Assembly (NCBI GenBank): GCA_043228905.1
Contig: JBHGNT010000014.1
Span: 7,812,001 to 7,876,000, forward strand
Reading direction: 5' to 3'
DNA: 64,000 bases
Origin: Azolla caroliniana
Taxonomy: Eukaryota > Plantae > Polypodiophyta
Shown here: positions 51,281 through 64,000 of the stretch, one piece after another
Numbering within the stretch: the stretch's first letter is position 1
Layout: each line of letters opens with the position of its first letter
The notes under the pieces: model-generated
What the model was told of the DNA's origin: nothing
Databases searched by the model: none
What the model saw: the letters and a program-made list of their open reading frames with translations, nothing else
Program-made: the position numbers and the translations under genes

Positions 51281-51499
51281 TAATACAAAGAATGTTGTTT
51301 TCATTTATTATTTCACTATAGAAAATTGATGTATATTTTCCAAATTTCTCTGGAACATTCTAGAAACTTCAAGAGCACTCCTGACCGCACTATAAAAGAA
51401 GACAAAAGGCATTATTTCAAATCAATCCAGTTCAACGTCAGTCTTAAGCCTCCTAGTTGTTATTGTATCTTTCTCCTTATAATATATATCTTCTATTGC

Positions 51500-51551
<52 letters not shown>

Positions 51552-51650
51552 TGAGTTCCACACCATCTTCTCCTCTTAAGTACTCATAGTACTCATCCTC
51601 CTCTACCTCTAGTACTAATTCCCTCTCCATGTTTAGTACTATTCCTGACA

Positions 51651-51865
51651 ACGACCACATGATGACCACATGGAAGATAGACATCAACAACAGTGCCAAT
51701 TTCAAGATGATGTTCGGCCGAGAGACGAGGATCATTACCGGTCGGATCAGAATCGGCGGGATGAATATCGAAGGGATGATCGTTACGAGGATTATCAACG
51801 AGACAATGACCATCAAGATGATTATAGGAGGGATAGCCATCGCACATATGAGCGTGATTACTCAC
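51651..51865 (+). pseudogene. R/D/Y-rich gag fragment resembling the C gag; probable target into which X inserted
   Basis: RRDEYRRDDRYEDYQRD resembles RYRDNYDRYDRY in the C gag. Similarity is compositional only. Confidence 0.4.
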
Positions 51866-53098
51866 TGTTGAGAATCAAACTCAACTTCACATGAGTGGGA
51901 ACACACTCTAGGATACTCAAGTGTGTGAACACCCCACCTCCTTGTATAGTAATTAGTGTGTCATAGAAGTTAATGTCCTATGACACATATTCCGTAGGTA
52001 GTTAACACACGACCTCTTTCCCAAGAGGTTGTACTGGTGAGAGAACTTAGAGAGAAGGTGACTACATAAGCACCTTCTCCCTCTCGTTGTAACGGTTGGT
52101 CATTCTTGCTTCCTCATAATATAGTTTTCTGATTTTTTTTTAATCGTGAGCTCTCTCTCTCTCTCTCTCTCTCCCCCCCCCCCCCCCTCTACACACACAC
52201 ACACACACAATTCTTCCGCTGCATAGAATCCATCTGATTCTTTACATGGTATCGAGCGTGTGGTTGCTTGATCGAAGCCCATCGCCTCTGCATGTGTTGT
52301 GCCCGATTCTGCATTCTACAAGAACCTATTGATCGTTGTAGTAGCCATCTACATAGTTCGCATAAAAAAGAAGAAGAAGAAGAAGCTCAACATGAACACA
52401 CAGATGGGAAGCGCTCTTCCTACCAAAAAGCTCGACAGAAACAACTTTGCATCTTGGGAGTACAAGATGCACCAATACCTTGTCGGCCAAGGCTATTGGG
52501 GTTATGTCAAAGGGGCAAATGAGAATCAACCCAACCGAACACATGCCAACCACCCAGCTTGGGAGCAAGCGGCGAGTCGTGTGTTGTACTGTCTTGCATC
52601 ATGCATCCATGATCACATGCTCGGCTACATCCGAGAGGCCAAAATGCCGAAGGAGGCGTGGGGGAACCTCAAGAAGATTTTCGCAGCCAACACGACCGCA
52701 AGAAAGCTTCAACTCTGTCAAGAGTTGAACGACATACAATAGAGGGACATGTCAATCGGCAGCTACACCTTGAAGATCAAGGAGTTGTGCGACGCCCTCA
52801 GGTCGATCATTGTTAGCATTGCGGACGATGAAATGGTGCAGATTTGCCTCGGAGGCTTAGCACCTCGGTTCGGGGCCATTCGGCCAGCTGTCCTCGTGAG
52901 GGAGAATCCTCCCTCCTTCAATCTCCAGTCGATGTTGCTGGTTGAGGAGAATCATGTTCGAACAAGAAGCAATGCCCAAGAAGGAAAAATTCTCTATTCG
53001 AACTTCGATGGAGGAAGAGGACAAGGTTGGGGAAAAAGAGGCCGATTTGGCCAAGGCCAACACAACCAAGAGCAACCCCGAGAACACAACATCTATAA
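51866..53098 (+). mobile_element. 5' fragment of a Copia element (LTR 51866-52246, PBS TGGTATCGAGC, gag)
   Basis: KLDRNNFASWEYKM...ARKLQL Copia-type gag. Truncated before the zinc knuckle. Confidence 0.82.
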
Positions 53099-55321
53099 CT
53101 GAAAACACTCAAATACTTCACTCTTCTCTTTCATGAAGTAAACCCATGTTTTCCTTGAGCAATCATCAATGAACGTTACATAAAACCTATAGCCACCAAT
53201 TGAGGCATTTTTTGTTGGTCCCCATATATCTGTATGTACCAAATCCAACAAGTTTTTGCTTATATGTCCTTCATGAGGGAAAGGCAACCTATTTTGCTTT
53301 CTATATTGACATGCTTCACATATTTTGCTCATCTCACAGTCTTTCAACTTCGGCAATCCAGCCATTGCATTTTTCCTCAACATATTTTGCAAAGTTTGCA
53401 TACTTATATGTTCGATTCGTTTATGCCACATTTCTACATCTGAGATTACATTCATTCCTCCTACAAACATGGCTATAATCTTTTAAGGCATATCCACATC
53501 TAAAACAAACATTCTTCCTTGACGTTTTCCTTTTGCAATCAGCTTTCCATGTTTCTCTATAAAGCACCCACTTTGCTTAAACTTTACTTGCATTCCTTGC
53601 TCTACCATCTATCCAATAGAAATCAGATTCATGCATAACATTCAACATATACTTTGTTTTTCCCTTTTCTTCCCACAATGGAATATCTCCAACATGCTCG
53701 ATTGTATGAGTAGTATTATCACATGTTTGTACATAACCAAGAATCTCTGGTTCTCTTAGACTTTCAAACCAGTTTGCATGTCCAATCATATGATTAGATG
53801 CTCCAGAATCTACATACCACATATAACCTTCATTACATTTCTATGAACATTCAGCCATTGTTGTTGTCTCTTTCTCACGGTTCTCACTAGTTGAAGCATA
53901 ATTATTCTGTTGTCTCTTCCCTCTTTTTTCATCATTTTACTTTTTATAACATTCAGCCTGTGTATGACCTGGTTTCCCACAATACCAACAGCCATCATCA
54001 TTCAAATAAGTTTGCTTACCTTTGCCTCGATTGCTCCCCCTGCCTCAAATGTTGTTTCTTCCACTAATAGCTTGTTGTCCTCTTCCTTGATAATTATTGT
54101 TGATTCTAGTTGAGCCAAATCTTCCATGGCCTCTTCCAGCACTATTGTAGAGAGTTTGCCCCTCAGTTTCAAAGTTTTCTTTGTTTTTATCTTCCATCTT
54201 ATTTCTTTCTTCCACTACATGCATTGAAACCAGATCTACAAAACTTGGGATGCTATCCCTTGTGAGAATAGATGTTTTGAAGCTTTTATATTGAGGTCCT
54301 AAGCCTCTTAAGCATATTTCCACCTTATCATCATCTTCTACCTTCACATTAATAGAAGCAAGTGACTCACATATGCTCTTTATTTTCAGAGCATACTCAT
54401 TAACTGACATCTACCTTTTTCCAAGGTATTTAGCTTAGTCTTCAACTGAAGCTTTCTAGCCTTTGTGTTTACTGCAAAAAGTTTCACCAAACTGTCCCAA
54501 ACTTCTTTTGGAAGCAAGGCATCTTGTATATGTCCAAGTATCAAATATGAGATGTTAAGTGATAGCCAATGCAATACCTTTCTTGCCCCTTGATTCCAGT
54601 CTTTAAATGCTTTGATTTGTGCAGCAATTGCATTTTCTTCGAGGATCTCTAGAGCCTCTTCTAGATCTCCTTCAATATAATCCCAATATCCTTTTCCCAT
54701 CAGGAAATTTGTCATTCTGAATTTCCACGTAGGGAATTTGTTTTTATCCAATTTTTCTATGACTATTTAGCTTCCATTTTCAGCTGTCATTCTCTCTTTC
54801 AATTTAGGGCTTTTGCTACGATTAAATTCAGAAGCAACTTTCTAATTCAGATTAGCAACTAGAAACAACCTTCTCAGATTTGTATTGTTCTTCTTTACAA
54901 GCAACTCTGCTATACTACCATGTTACGAAGGTGCTACAACTCTTCTTAGTGCACAACGGATCGTGATGTGATGGATCGTTAGTGTGTTCAAGAGAGAAAG
55001 GGAAAGGGGGGGAAGAAGACTCACCTTAGTAGCAACCCAAAATCATTCTGTTTCATTGCACACAGAAACCTCTCTCGTTTGTTTTCAATTTTCTTCTTAC
55101 TTCTCTTACTGCTACTACTACTCACTCTTACTATTTTACCTAATATAAGTGACTTGCATATTCAACTAATTGGTTGTGAGTAGCTACTAGCTAAATAGCT
55201 GCGAGTAACTAAATAGTTGTTTTACCTATATGTCTAATAGTAGCTAATTTCCTAATAGCTATTGTAGGAGATCTCAGTTACAATAAGCATCACATGCTTT
55301 TGTTAAGCTTGTTTCTTAACA
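53099..55321 (-). mobile_element. 5' fragment of a Copia element (LTR 54921-55321, gag-PR-INT N-terminus)
   Basis: NKFPTWKFRM gag, WYVDSGASNH protease, WHKR/HTDIWGP/FIDD integrase. Confidence 0.85.
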
Positions 55322-55920
55322 GGGAAAATAAGTGAGAGAGAGAGCAAGTGCTCAAGAAAACCTAAGGCCAAATGTCAAGAAAGAAGGAATAAGCTTTTGA
55401 GTGGCTCCCCTCCCCCTTTCATAGTGAAACAAGGGGGGCGGGGGGCAATCTACATTGAATGACATATTCCCCTCTTTCAAGAGGGGAATAAAGGCCCCTT
55501 AAATCATGCTTAGCTCAAGATTTGAATCTTGAGCCATGTGCCCACTATCTCACTTTTGTGTACTTTCTCCTCTCTCTTACTTTTCTCACTCATGTGTGAG
55601 ATTCTTTCTCTCTCTCTTACTTTTCATGCTCGCCTTACACCCTTCCTTTTCCCATTTCCTTTGTACCTCATGCACCCTTTATTTTACCCTTTTATTTGTG
55701 CATGTTCGTAACTAATTGCCCCTTGTGTGCACACAGATTGCATATTCTCATTTTGCCCCTTCTTCATGAATTTCTCACCGTTGCCATGCATTTTCACGAC
55801 ATCCACCCCCACCAAACCGCACATCCTCCGGTATGTGCCAAGAAAAGAGGGTTAATTGGAAGGCAACAATGATCATTCGTCCTCATTCGCCTCCACGATG
55901 ACCTCACTTTCCTTTGGGAG
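55322..55920 (-). mobile_element. Fragment G: truncated 3' LTR (to 55801), PPT and family hairpin of the Trp-primed group
   Basis: CACGACA-TCCACCCCCACCAAACCGCACATCCTCCGGTATGTGCC is identical to 27533-27577. Confidence 0.7.
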
Positions 55921-56129
55921 CTCGTCTCGGATTCCTTCATTCGAAGATTGTAAAGGTACCGGATTAGGTAAATCTTTGTGGCGGCCACCTTCTTTTCGTA
56001 AGTGTTTGGCAACATTTTCCACAATTCAAATTTTGTCGAACAAGATTGCACCGTGTAATATACAATTTAAGATAGGTGCATTCGAATGGTGGCACGAGCT
56101 TTCCAATTCAGCTTTGTCCATTCATTCGG

Positions 56130-56912
56130 TGTTGTACGCTTAGGGTTAGGGTTAGTGATAACGGTGATAAAGATAGGAATAGGGTTAGCGATGATGAACG
56201 ATGTGATGGCGAGATTGATAAGCATTGCGGGGTGGGGGCCGGTGCCTAGAATGACTCCACCCCCCTCCCAAGGGGGTTCAACGTGAGAGAGGGAGAAAGA
56301 TTAAGAGATAACTTGTTCATTATTCATTCATTCCCCATAAGGGGGTTAAATAGTTACAATGAGGTTAGATACATAGGGGTGCAAGCCCCCTTAGCCATTC
56401 ACACTAACCACTCACCACACCTCTTCTTATCTATCCACATGCACACACATGTGCATGTGTTATGTGTGTGCATGTGTTCACATACGTATCTACTCACACT
56501 CACAATTACACTTATAATCTTATACATTACACATACATACAACAACATTAAGTTTCTTCACCCTCACTCAACTCTCTATACATCTCGTATGGTAACACAT
56601 TATGGCATGCTTGTGGGACAATGCCTTGCACGTCAATCCCACATGCCTCCATCATCTCTAATCGACCGAAAACTTCATCGGCCTTCTCATCGATTGACTC
56701 CCTCGATCGAAACGCTTGATTCAAACATCTCCTTTGGTAAGCAAATCTTCCTTGACACGAACATTCTCGTTCTGTTGACACACGAACTTCATCATGGGTC
56801 TAAAAGCACTTTGTGTGTATGTGTGTTCTTCCTTTTATTTTGTGAGTTGTTGTGAGTCAATCTCGTACAATTCCTCCATGTTGATTCGTTTTTAAAATTA
56901 TGTACGGTAACA
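56130..56912 (-). mobile_element. Internally deleted Y-family element: ~11 bp of one LTR, a short internal piece and a full LTR 56130-56597
   Basis: 5-bp TSD TTCGG (56125-56129 and 56913-56917). GGTAACA terminus at both 56597 and 56912. Homologous to 148-901. Confidence 0.78.
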
Positions 56913-57637
56913 TTCGGCTTGTATTCGTCATGTGCATTTTCATTCTCAATTGGGTCAATTTGACCCTTCACAATCAGGTAATCTTGCATTGCTCCTTCCA
57001 AAAGTTGAAGTTCATGTCATTGAACATCCTGAGACTCATCTCTGATGAGCCAGATGCTGAAGCCAGTTCTTGATTTGAGTCGATTGGTCGTAAATTCAAT
57101 TCGATGTGACTACGATCAATGGGGTTGTGTGCAACCGGCTAGTTCACCCAAATCCTGATCTAGCCAAATCGAACAAAAATTTAGTCGACTAATCGGCATG
57201 TCTTGCCTAGAGTGGCTATGAACAAAAGCGGAGTAAAGCCAATTGGTCTATCGGAAGTGGTGCCTAGACGAATTGAGCACGGATGGTGTGGACTACATTG
57301 TCGATCCTACTTAGGGTTACTACAACAGAGAGAGGGGTAGAGATGACTGGAAAAGATTTTAGTTTGACTGAAATCTTGGAAAAAATTTGTTCTAGAGATC
57401 CAACAAACTTGAGGTCTTCTACAACCGCAATAGAGGTGTTGGTGATGGAGATAGATGACAACTGACAACAGGTAACAACCTCTACTTTGATACCAAATGT
57501 TGTGAACAAGGTCATTAGTGAATGGATAACAAATCAACACTATGTAATAACAGACTTTCAAGATGGAATATTATATCAATGAGAACAATGATTAGACTTA
57601 TGCAACTTTAATAAGATTTATCAAGGAGATCAACAAC

Positions 57638-57639
<2 letters not shown>

Positions 57640-57682
<43 letters not shown>
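57640..57682. repeat. (GA)n microsatellite; other (CT)n tracts at ~51504-51545 and ~52131-52152
   Basis: Direct inspection. Confidence 0.9.
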
Positions 57683-57686
<4 letters not shown>

Positions 57687-57924
57687 GACAAGAATGTAAC
57701 TGTATTATTCAAAAGTTACAATAGAAAGAATGGCGACATCATTTTCAGCTATATAATGTGAATACCGCCATTATAAACCCATATTCAACACTTCCTTATG
57801 TTGGGAAACCTCCCAATCACCAACTCGCTCCACTATTTCAACCGCATCCTCTAAAGTTTCCAACTACATCTTTATCGCCTCTCTTCCCACTGATGGTCAT
57901 GGGCATAGAGAAAACCGTAGAACA

Positions 57925-59012
57925 TGTCAAAATCGCTCATATTAATAATTCGAAGCATTAATTTCCTCTACTTAGAAATATAACTCTCGAGTTAGATTTC
58001 TCCGCTCACCTCTCAACTTAAACGATTTATTCCAAGGAATGAAGTACTCCCTTATCCTTTGCTTGAAGCCCTCCCAATCTTTGAAGGGTTCCCTTTGCTC
58101 CACCAATGAGTACCAATTGGAGGTGTCACTCTCGAGGTAACCACTCGCCACCTTCACCCATGCTCTTTGCTTCACCCGACTTTGCTCCAAGAAGCGCTCT
58201 GTCACGGATCCACTTGTTGAGCACCGCATATATCCCTCATCCCAATGTAGTACCCTCGGTCCCAATGTACTCCCTCGAGGGTACTGGCTTGTAGATTCCA
58301 AAGTCATCCTCCTCGTTGATCCTTTCTCTTTGGCTCCTTCTCCTTGGTGATCATCCTTCCTTTGATTTCTCCATGAGGATTTTTGCCAACTTGGCCAAAG
58401 CAATCTCCATCGGATTTGCCCCTATTTGTGGCTCCTTGATTGCCTCCGATTCCAACTCTGATATACTTTCCTCATCGCTATCTCTTCCTTTGGCCATCTT
58501 TTCCCAACCTCGTGCTCTTGTTGTGATACCAAGTGTTATGTCCCTAGGTTATGGGAGTCTCGAAATGCATGAAAACACAATTGGGACAAAAAGATGATTT
58601 ATATATATTACATGAAAGAGTTACAAGATTACAATAGTCCTAGATTGGGACAAACCAAAACGAGGTTGGGACGAGTCGGGACAACCTCCCAAAAAAGATG
58701 ATGAGGGACTAGAACTTAGAGGCCGAGAATCCTCTGAAATGAGGAGAAGCTCCGCCTTATATAAGCCAGGATATGGCTCTTGGGAAGGCTAGTCATTGGA
58801 ACTTGCTATCTCAACCCATGTGGCTCCCCAAGAGCAGGACTCGGTCCCTTCGTGAGTCCCAACTCGGATTAGGACTGCGTGCTGTTTGGGACTGCTTGAG
58901 ATTGTCCCAACTTTGCTTACGACTCATTGTGACTCTCCAAACTCTGATTGGTGCTGCTGGGACTGCCCCAATTTTCTTTGGGGCCGCCTGCCAGGTGGGA
59001 CTCATCCTAACA
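57925..59012 (-). mobile_element. Gypsy 5' fragment: LTR 58534-59012, iMet-type PBS, decayed gag
   Basis: TG...CA LTR, reverse-complement TGGTATCAC at ~58523-58531, and WVKVASGYLE...WEGFKQRIREYFIP. Confidence 0.68.
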
Positions 59013-60603
59013 TGTACTGAATACACACAAAGTATGCATGTGTATGTAAAAAACGTGAAGTAATAGAACAGGGCGGGGAGGGACCAATTCAATTAATAAT
59101 TCTTCATCGTCCAACCAAAAAATGGCAGCAGTAGTAGCGGCGTAGGTAAGTAAAAGTATGTATGTACATATATATGTATCAGTATGTATGTATGTGCATA
59201 TTTATTTGTGTAAGGATGGGGTTGATGAAGAAACCCTAAGACCCCAGGAAGACGAAAGACAGTAACAGCCACAGTCTGCATATGTACATGTACACAGAAC
59301 CCTAAGAAGAAGAAATCAGAAAAGACGGGGAAGAAGAGTGCCTGCATATATACACAGAACCCTAAGAAGAAGGCGAAAACAAAAGGAGGACGATGAAATG
59401 ATTCTAGCAATGCTCCTTTCCTCCAGGATTTTGGAGGCCCTGACAGTTTGATCCTTTCATGGCTATCATCGTCTGTTAAGGTTTCTCTCTCTGTTCTCTT
59501 TTACAGACAAATGCCACGTCTTTCGAATCTTAGGGTAGCAAGATCTGCCTTGTATTGCAGGAGGACGAGAAGCGATGTTGCCTGTGTATGTTCTCCTCCT
59601 CCTTCAGTTTATTTGTTTATCTCTCCGTGTCAATGGAGTTTTTTACGTCTTTCTTGCATATTCTATTGGTATTTCTCCTGCATATTCCTCTGTATGAATG
59701 ACATGAAGCAATGTTTTTTTGCATTATCTTTCTTTTTTGAGCCTTTTTCCTCTGTGACGGAGAAGCAAGTTTTTTTTTCGTTTACCTTTCCCTTCTTTTT
59801 TATTTCTTTATTTAGCTCTCTCTGTCTGGATGGAAAAGATCTGGATTTCGTTCTCCTCCTTTTTTGTTTCTCTGCTTGCTTTGCTTGTTTATCTCTCTGT
59901 GAATGATAGTATGCAACGTTTTCATAGCATGTTCCTTTGCTTTCATCCCTCTTCTTTCTCCTCACTTTCTTTTTCATGCTTAACTGGAGAACAGAGATTT
60001 TTTCTTTTGTATTACCCTTCTTTTTTGTTATCTATCCTTCTTGCTCCACTCTTATGAAGTTCATCTATTTTTCCTGTTTTTTTGCAGCTGTTTCAATACT
60101 ATTTGGCGGGATATGTACACCCAAGTCATCTTCAGAATTTTTCCTTCATTCATAACAGAAAAATTCTCATAACAGGTTTACCATTTTCTATAATATTACC
60201 GTTTCACACTGTTTATGTTATGTATACAAGTTTTTAATTGTTCATTTTCATCGTGTACCAATTTTTGGAATGATGGATGAAGATGCTTTATAGAATATGT
60301 TCGCTACATATGTTATAATTGACACATTCCATCATGAACTGAACATTTAATGCTAAACATTCTCGTTACCTATGTAGTCAGTGAATGTTGTTCTATATGT
60401 TTTTGTTGACCCATTTCATCGTGGACTAGTGACAAAATACTTGCTAATGAAAGCGTTTCTTCATAGGTAGGTTGTTGATGAGACATTACCTCTTTTCTCA
60501 GTTTCTGTTAGCTTCTCACTAACAATCGGCAACGGTTTGCTTCGGTTTGAGAGTGTCAAAATTGAACCATTTAAAATTTTTGGAACTTGAACCGGACCGT
60601 TCT

Positions 60604-60950
60604 CAGTACAAGAATGATTGGGCTACCATTTTCATCTCTTTTAGTGTACAAACAGTGATCGGCATAGCATGGCTTCTTTTTTACCCATGTTTGAGCATAA
60701 AAGCATCAAATTTTTTGTATCATTGTCTAGAAGCTTGTTTCAGCCCATACAAGCTTCTATTGAGCTTACATACCAAATGTTCCTTTCCAAGAATAACAAA
60801 GCCGTTGGGTTGTTTCATGTAAAGCTCTTCATCAATGTCACCATGCAAAAAAAGTTGTATGTACATCCATTTGGTCTAATTTCAAATCAAATGCAGCCAC
60901 TATACACTCGCAAAGTGGTCATTTTTACCACAGGAGAAAAAACTTCTTGA
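60604..60950 (-). pseudogene. Copia RT fragment
   Basis: The reverse complement translates to FSPVVKMTT...[19 protein letters not shown]...[11 protein letters not shown]. Confidence 0.8.
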
Positions 60951-61598
60951 AACCTTCCTGGTCGACAGACGCAAAGGGTCGAACGACTTACTCTCTAAGT
61001 TGTCCTATCAACGGGATTGTGGTCGGAGCTATGGATTCGGTCGACTCCTATTACTAACGCACTATTATTCACTCCTGATTACTTATCAATCTCTTATATC
61101 CATCACCTCTAAATCAATCTCTTATTCTGATCACCTACACAGATGTCACTTTGTACCTTAATCACTCTCAAACTTATGATCGACTGTATACAGAAATACT
61201 TTCTCTCACTCTGGTTGTATGATTCAATATGAATGACACCCAGAATAGAGAAATAAACAGGAAAACAGAGTATTCTAAACTAAATTATATTCAAATGATA
61301 CGCTTACAGATAGAAACTTTTTACAATGCTCTGTACCCCTTTTTATAGGTGGCATAGAAGTTCTCTTCAAGAAACTACAAAACTATCTTTCGGCAAGAAA
61401 CCTTAAAACAACAGTTATAACTACCTACTTGGCATTTTATGACTATTCTATTTTCGACTATTACTTTTTTTAGTCTCTTGACTTACACTTTCACACTTGT
61501 TCTATTTTTGGCTCATCATTCAGTCGACTATACTTACGACCAATACTCTATGGCCATTACTTAGACGTTTCTACTTGGGTCGACCTGCCCTACTAACA
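60951..61598 (-). mobile_element. Truncated LTR-like segment
   Basis: Minus-strand start TGTTAG at 61598 and CTATAAAAAG near 61340. It interrupts the C-like pol. Confidence 0.5.
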
Positions 61599-62615
61599 CA
61601 AAAGATTTGGGGTTAGGTTGTGCCTGGTTGTCTGATCCAGGGTCGTCATTATTGATGTAAGGTGTGACAATTTCCACCAGATCGATTTCAAACAAGGGTA
61701 TAATCTTTGGACTTTCTTCCAGGTATTGGTCGATTTCACTATCCTCCAAACCCTCCATCATATTGATAGACTTCACATATAGGGGTACTATTTCCCTCTT
61801 TGTTATGACCTTTTCTTGCGTAGGTAATCGTATCTTTGTCTTGCCTCTACGAAAAGTGATGACATACTTGTGCCAATTTCGTTTGATGTTGGCAGTTCTC
61901 AACCATTGTCGGCCAAGTAATAGTGGATATGGGCCAGTTGCATCTAACTTCACCACAACTGCTGAAATTTGGAACGAGTGTCCCCTGATCGATAGTTCTA
62001 ATTGTCGAATCAACCCTAATGGTCGTACTAGACTTGTGTTCGCCATTCTCAGCCAAAAGGGACACACTTCCTACTCAATAATTCCAAGGCGGTCACATGT
62101 GATTTTCCTTATCATGTTGACCCCCAACCCACCATCGATGATGCTATTCAATACCTCTTGACCGCGTATGATTACTTTTACTGAAGGATTATTCTCGTCC
62201 ATGATTGTCGGCCCATTAATCTAATTAATAAAATTCACTGTAACCGGTTCCTACTACTTTATGATTATTGTTGTTACTGTTTCGGTAAATCTCAGAACTA
62301 ATTTTAATAATCCTGCCAAGGGTAGTGTGATCTGACAATCCGCCAAGACTTGCCATGTTGCATCTTCTGTTGGTGGTTGCATTGCTACGTCTGGTCTGAT
62401 TTCCAAATTGACTTGTTTGTTAGTTACTTCTTTACTTTCCTGAATCATTTTGTCGACATTTCTCTTATTGGCTCTTTTGACCCATTCTTTAGCAACTTTT
62501 CGAATTGCTTCTTGTGATTCCCATTCTGACTGTTTGGTTTTACTCCGAGTTGTTACTTTGTACCTCCATTGTAACCATATTGACTGTTGGAGCTTTGCCT
62601 TTTTCCTGGGTCGGA
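61599..62615 (-). pseudogene. C-family gag-protease fragment
   Basis: CPFWLRMANTSLVRPLGLI...PYPLLLGRQWL and TWQVLADCQITLPL match the C polyprotein. Confidence 0.85.
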
Positions 62616-63060
62616 CATATTGATGTGCGATATCACTTCATTTGAGAAGTGCTTAAGGATGGCCTTATGACATTGATAAAGACCCACACATCACAGAACC
62701 TTGTAGATGTACTCACCAAGTGCTTACCCAAAGCACACCATTAGATATTTATACAGATGGTGGGAGTTACATAGCTTGAAAGCGTCATTTATGCCTTTAA
62801 GTGGGAGGTTGTTGGGGTAAAGGCCCTAAATGACACCCTAATAGTGTGTACATGTGTATAGGCCTATTTATAAAGGCCAAAAGTCACTTGTCACTTTTTT
62901 GTTATTTTTGGGCCAAGTTTAGTGTGAACTTGGCCAAACCTAAATGGGTCTTATGAAACATAAGTTAAGAAATTTTGGATCTCACTACAATAGGTGAGCT
63001 CCTCCTACTCTCTCTGTATTTTTTCAGCCATTGCTCTACTCCAGAGTGTTCCTCAACCCT
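62616..63060 (+). mobile_element. Copia 3' end: RNase H tail, PPT and partial LTR from ~62810
   Basis: HIDVRYHFI...DVLTK, then AAGTGGGAGGT-TGTTGGGG. Confidence 0.7.
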
Positions 63061-63660
63061 CTTGACATCATTTCTGACCCATCATAGCACAAGGCAGCTA
63101 GATGATGATGGATTTCCCATTACTTTTGTTGATGGGAAATGGAAGATCTGTAATGGATCTAGAGGTATTGCGAGGGGTTGTAAAAGTGATAATTTGTATT
63201 CCGTCCATGTATCTAGTGTGAGTGACCATGTTGCCGTAACCGATCAGCCAAGTGTTTCTTTGTGGCATGGCCTGTTGACAGAGTCAAGCTGGAATATGAT
63301 GGTTTCTCGTTTGGGTTTCTGCATTGTCTTTATGCTGATTTTGATAATTGTCATCATTTTCATCATTGTGTCTATGGTAAACATGCTTAGATGTTTCATA
63401 GAAGGTGTCTTTGGCTAAAATCTTCTCATCTAGAGTTAAAACATTCAGATGTATATCAGGTGACAGAATTATCTTTAGGGGGAAAGAAATATTTTCGTCA
63501 CTTTCATCAATGATGCTACACCAAAGGTATGGGTTTACCCGATCCGTAGCAAGGACAAAGTGCTGGACTAGTTTATTGAGAATCAGATTGTTAAGGCACT
63601 CAAGTGTTCACTTTGACAATGGTGGGGAATATGTGTCTAGGGCCTTTCAGCTATAGGGAC
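63060..63660 (+). pseudogene. Decayed Copia protease/integrase fragment
   Basis: RQLDDDGF...WKI...LY...LWH and FDNGGEYVS. Confidence 0.65.
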
Positions 63661-64000
63661 AGCGAAGTGATTAAGTTATGTGGAGAATAGGATCTGCCAA
63701 ACCAAACGACACTAGAGTCACAATGGAAGCAACAACAATCATATTGTGACAGAGCCCCAAAGTGTGATTATAACAGGATACAATAAGATTCAATCAACCT
63801 CACATGCTCCTATGCAAGCAGATATGGATACAATACAATGACTTGAAGTTTTCAACAACCTTAATTCTCTTCTTGAAGGTTGCTTTATCCATAAGGATAA
63901 TAACCCTATAGGTACCTAAACTAATTCATTAAGCTCTCAAGCATCTCTCCATTGACCATGGTGAATGGTCTAGTGTTGCTTGTTCATACCAACAATCATC

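Larger units (their letters stand above)
902..51650 (+). mobile_element. Element X: chromovirus-type (Tcn1/Tf1-like) Ty3/Gypsy retrotransposon, outer host of the nest
   Basis: 5' LTR remnant 902-963 matches the end of the 3' LTR 51189-51650. PPT AAGGGGGGG at ~51177-51185. gag is split at 1214/45324. PR-RT-RH-INT-chromodomain order. Confidence 0.85.
55920..57924 (-). mobile_element. Decayed Copia 5' fragment (LTR ~57498-57924, PBS TGGTATCA, gag split by the 56130-56912 insertion)
   Basis: MQDYLIVKGQ...DEYKP/EWTKLNWKARATIRMHL...YLIRYLYNLRMKE. Confidence 0.7.

Noticed and set aside
55505-55540. TAGCTCAAG...GATTTGAATC in the G LTR as a Pol III cassette
   Set aside because: It is a simple hairpin (GCTCAAGA/TCTTGAGC) with adjacent boxes, not tRNA spacing.
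56140-56190. TTAGGG repeats as an interstitial telomere (also 843-890)
   Set aside because: Only 2-3 units, and they are part of the Y-family LTR.
59013-60610. TGTACTGA/TCAGTACA as terminal inverted repeats
   Set aside because: Only 8 bp, no TSD, and the right copy overlaps the Copia RT codons for ILVL.

Overview
This window is eukaryotic, plant-type repetitive DNA with no host gene I can recognise. It is a multi-layer nest of decayed LTR retrotransposons, plus one TIR element. The mix of lineages suggests a seed-free land plant, which is an inference. Reconstructed nesting from LTR pairs and target-site duplications (TSDs): a chromodomain Ty3/Gypsy element X (902-51650) hosts element A (1215-45323). 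A hosts B (4296-37658) and a Copia. B hosts C (8422-25058) and a chimeric E/F insertion (26877-36447). C hosts D (16896-23925). A, B, D and E (plus fragments F and G) form one unusual Gypsy group: tRNA-Trp primer binding site (PBS), 4-bp CG-centred TSDs, D-H-G protease motif, a -1 frameshift pseudoknot and a conserved structure next to the polypurine tract (PPT). The right 12 kb holds Copia and Gypsy fragments and solo LTRs. Three observations stand out. (1) The C family has no PPT at the 3' LTR and instead carries a sense copy of a tRNA-Arg 3' end ending in CCA, effectively a second, inverted PBS. (2) Five different LTR families carry antisense tRNA-like A/B-box cassettes in U3. (3) A single TSD flanks a composite insertion whose two ends come from different LTR families. 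Lineage names and tRNA identities are from memory of motifs; no database search was run.
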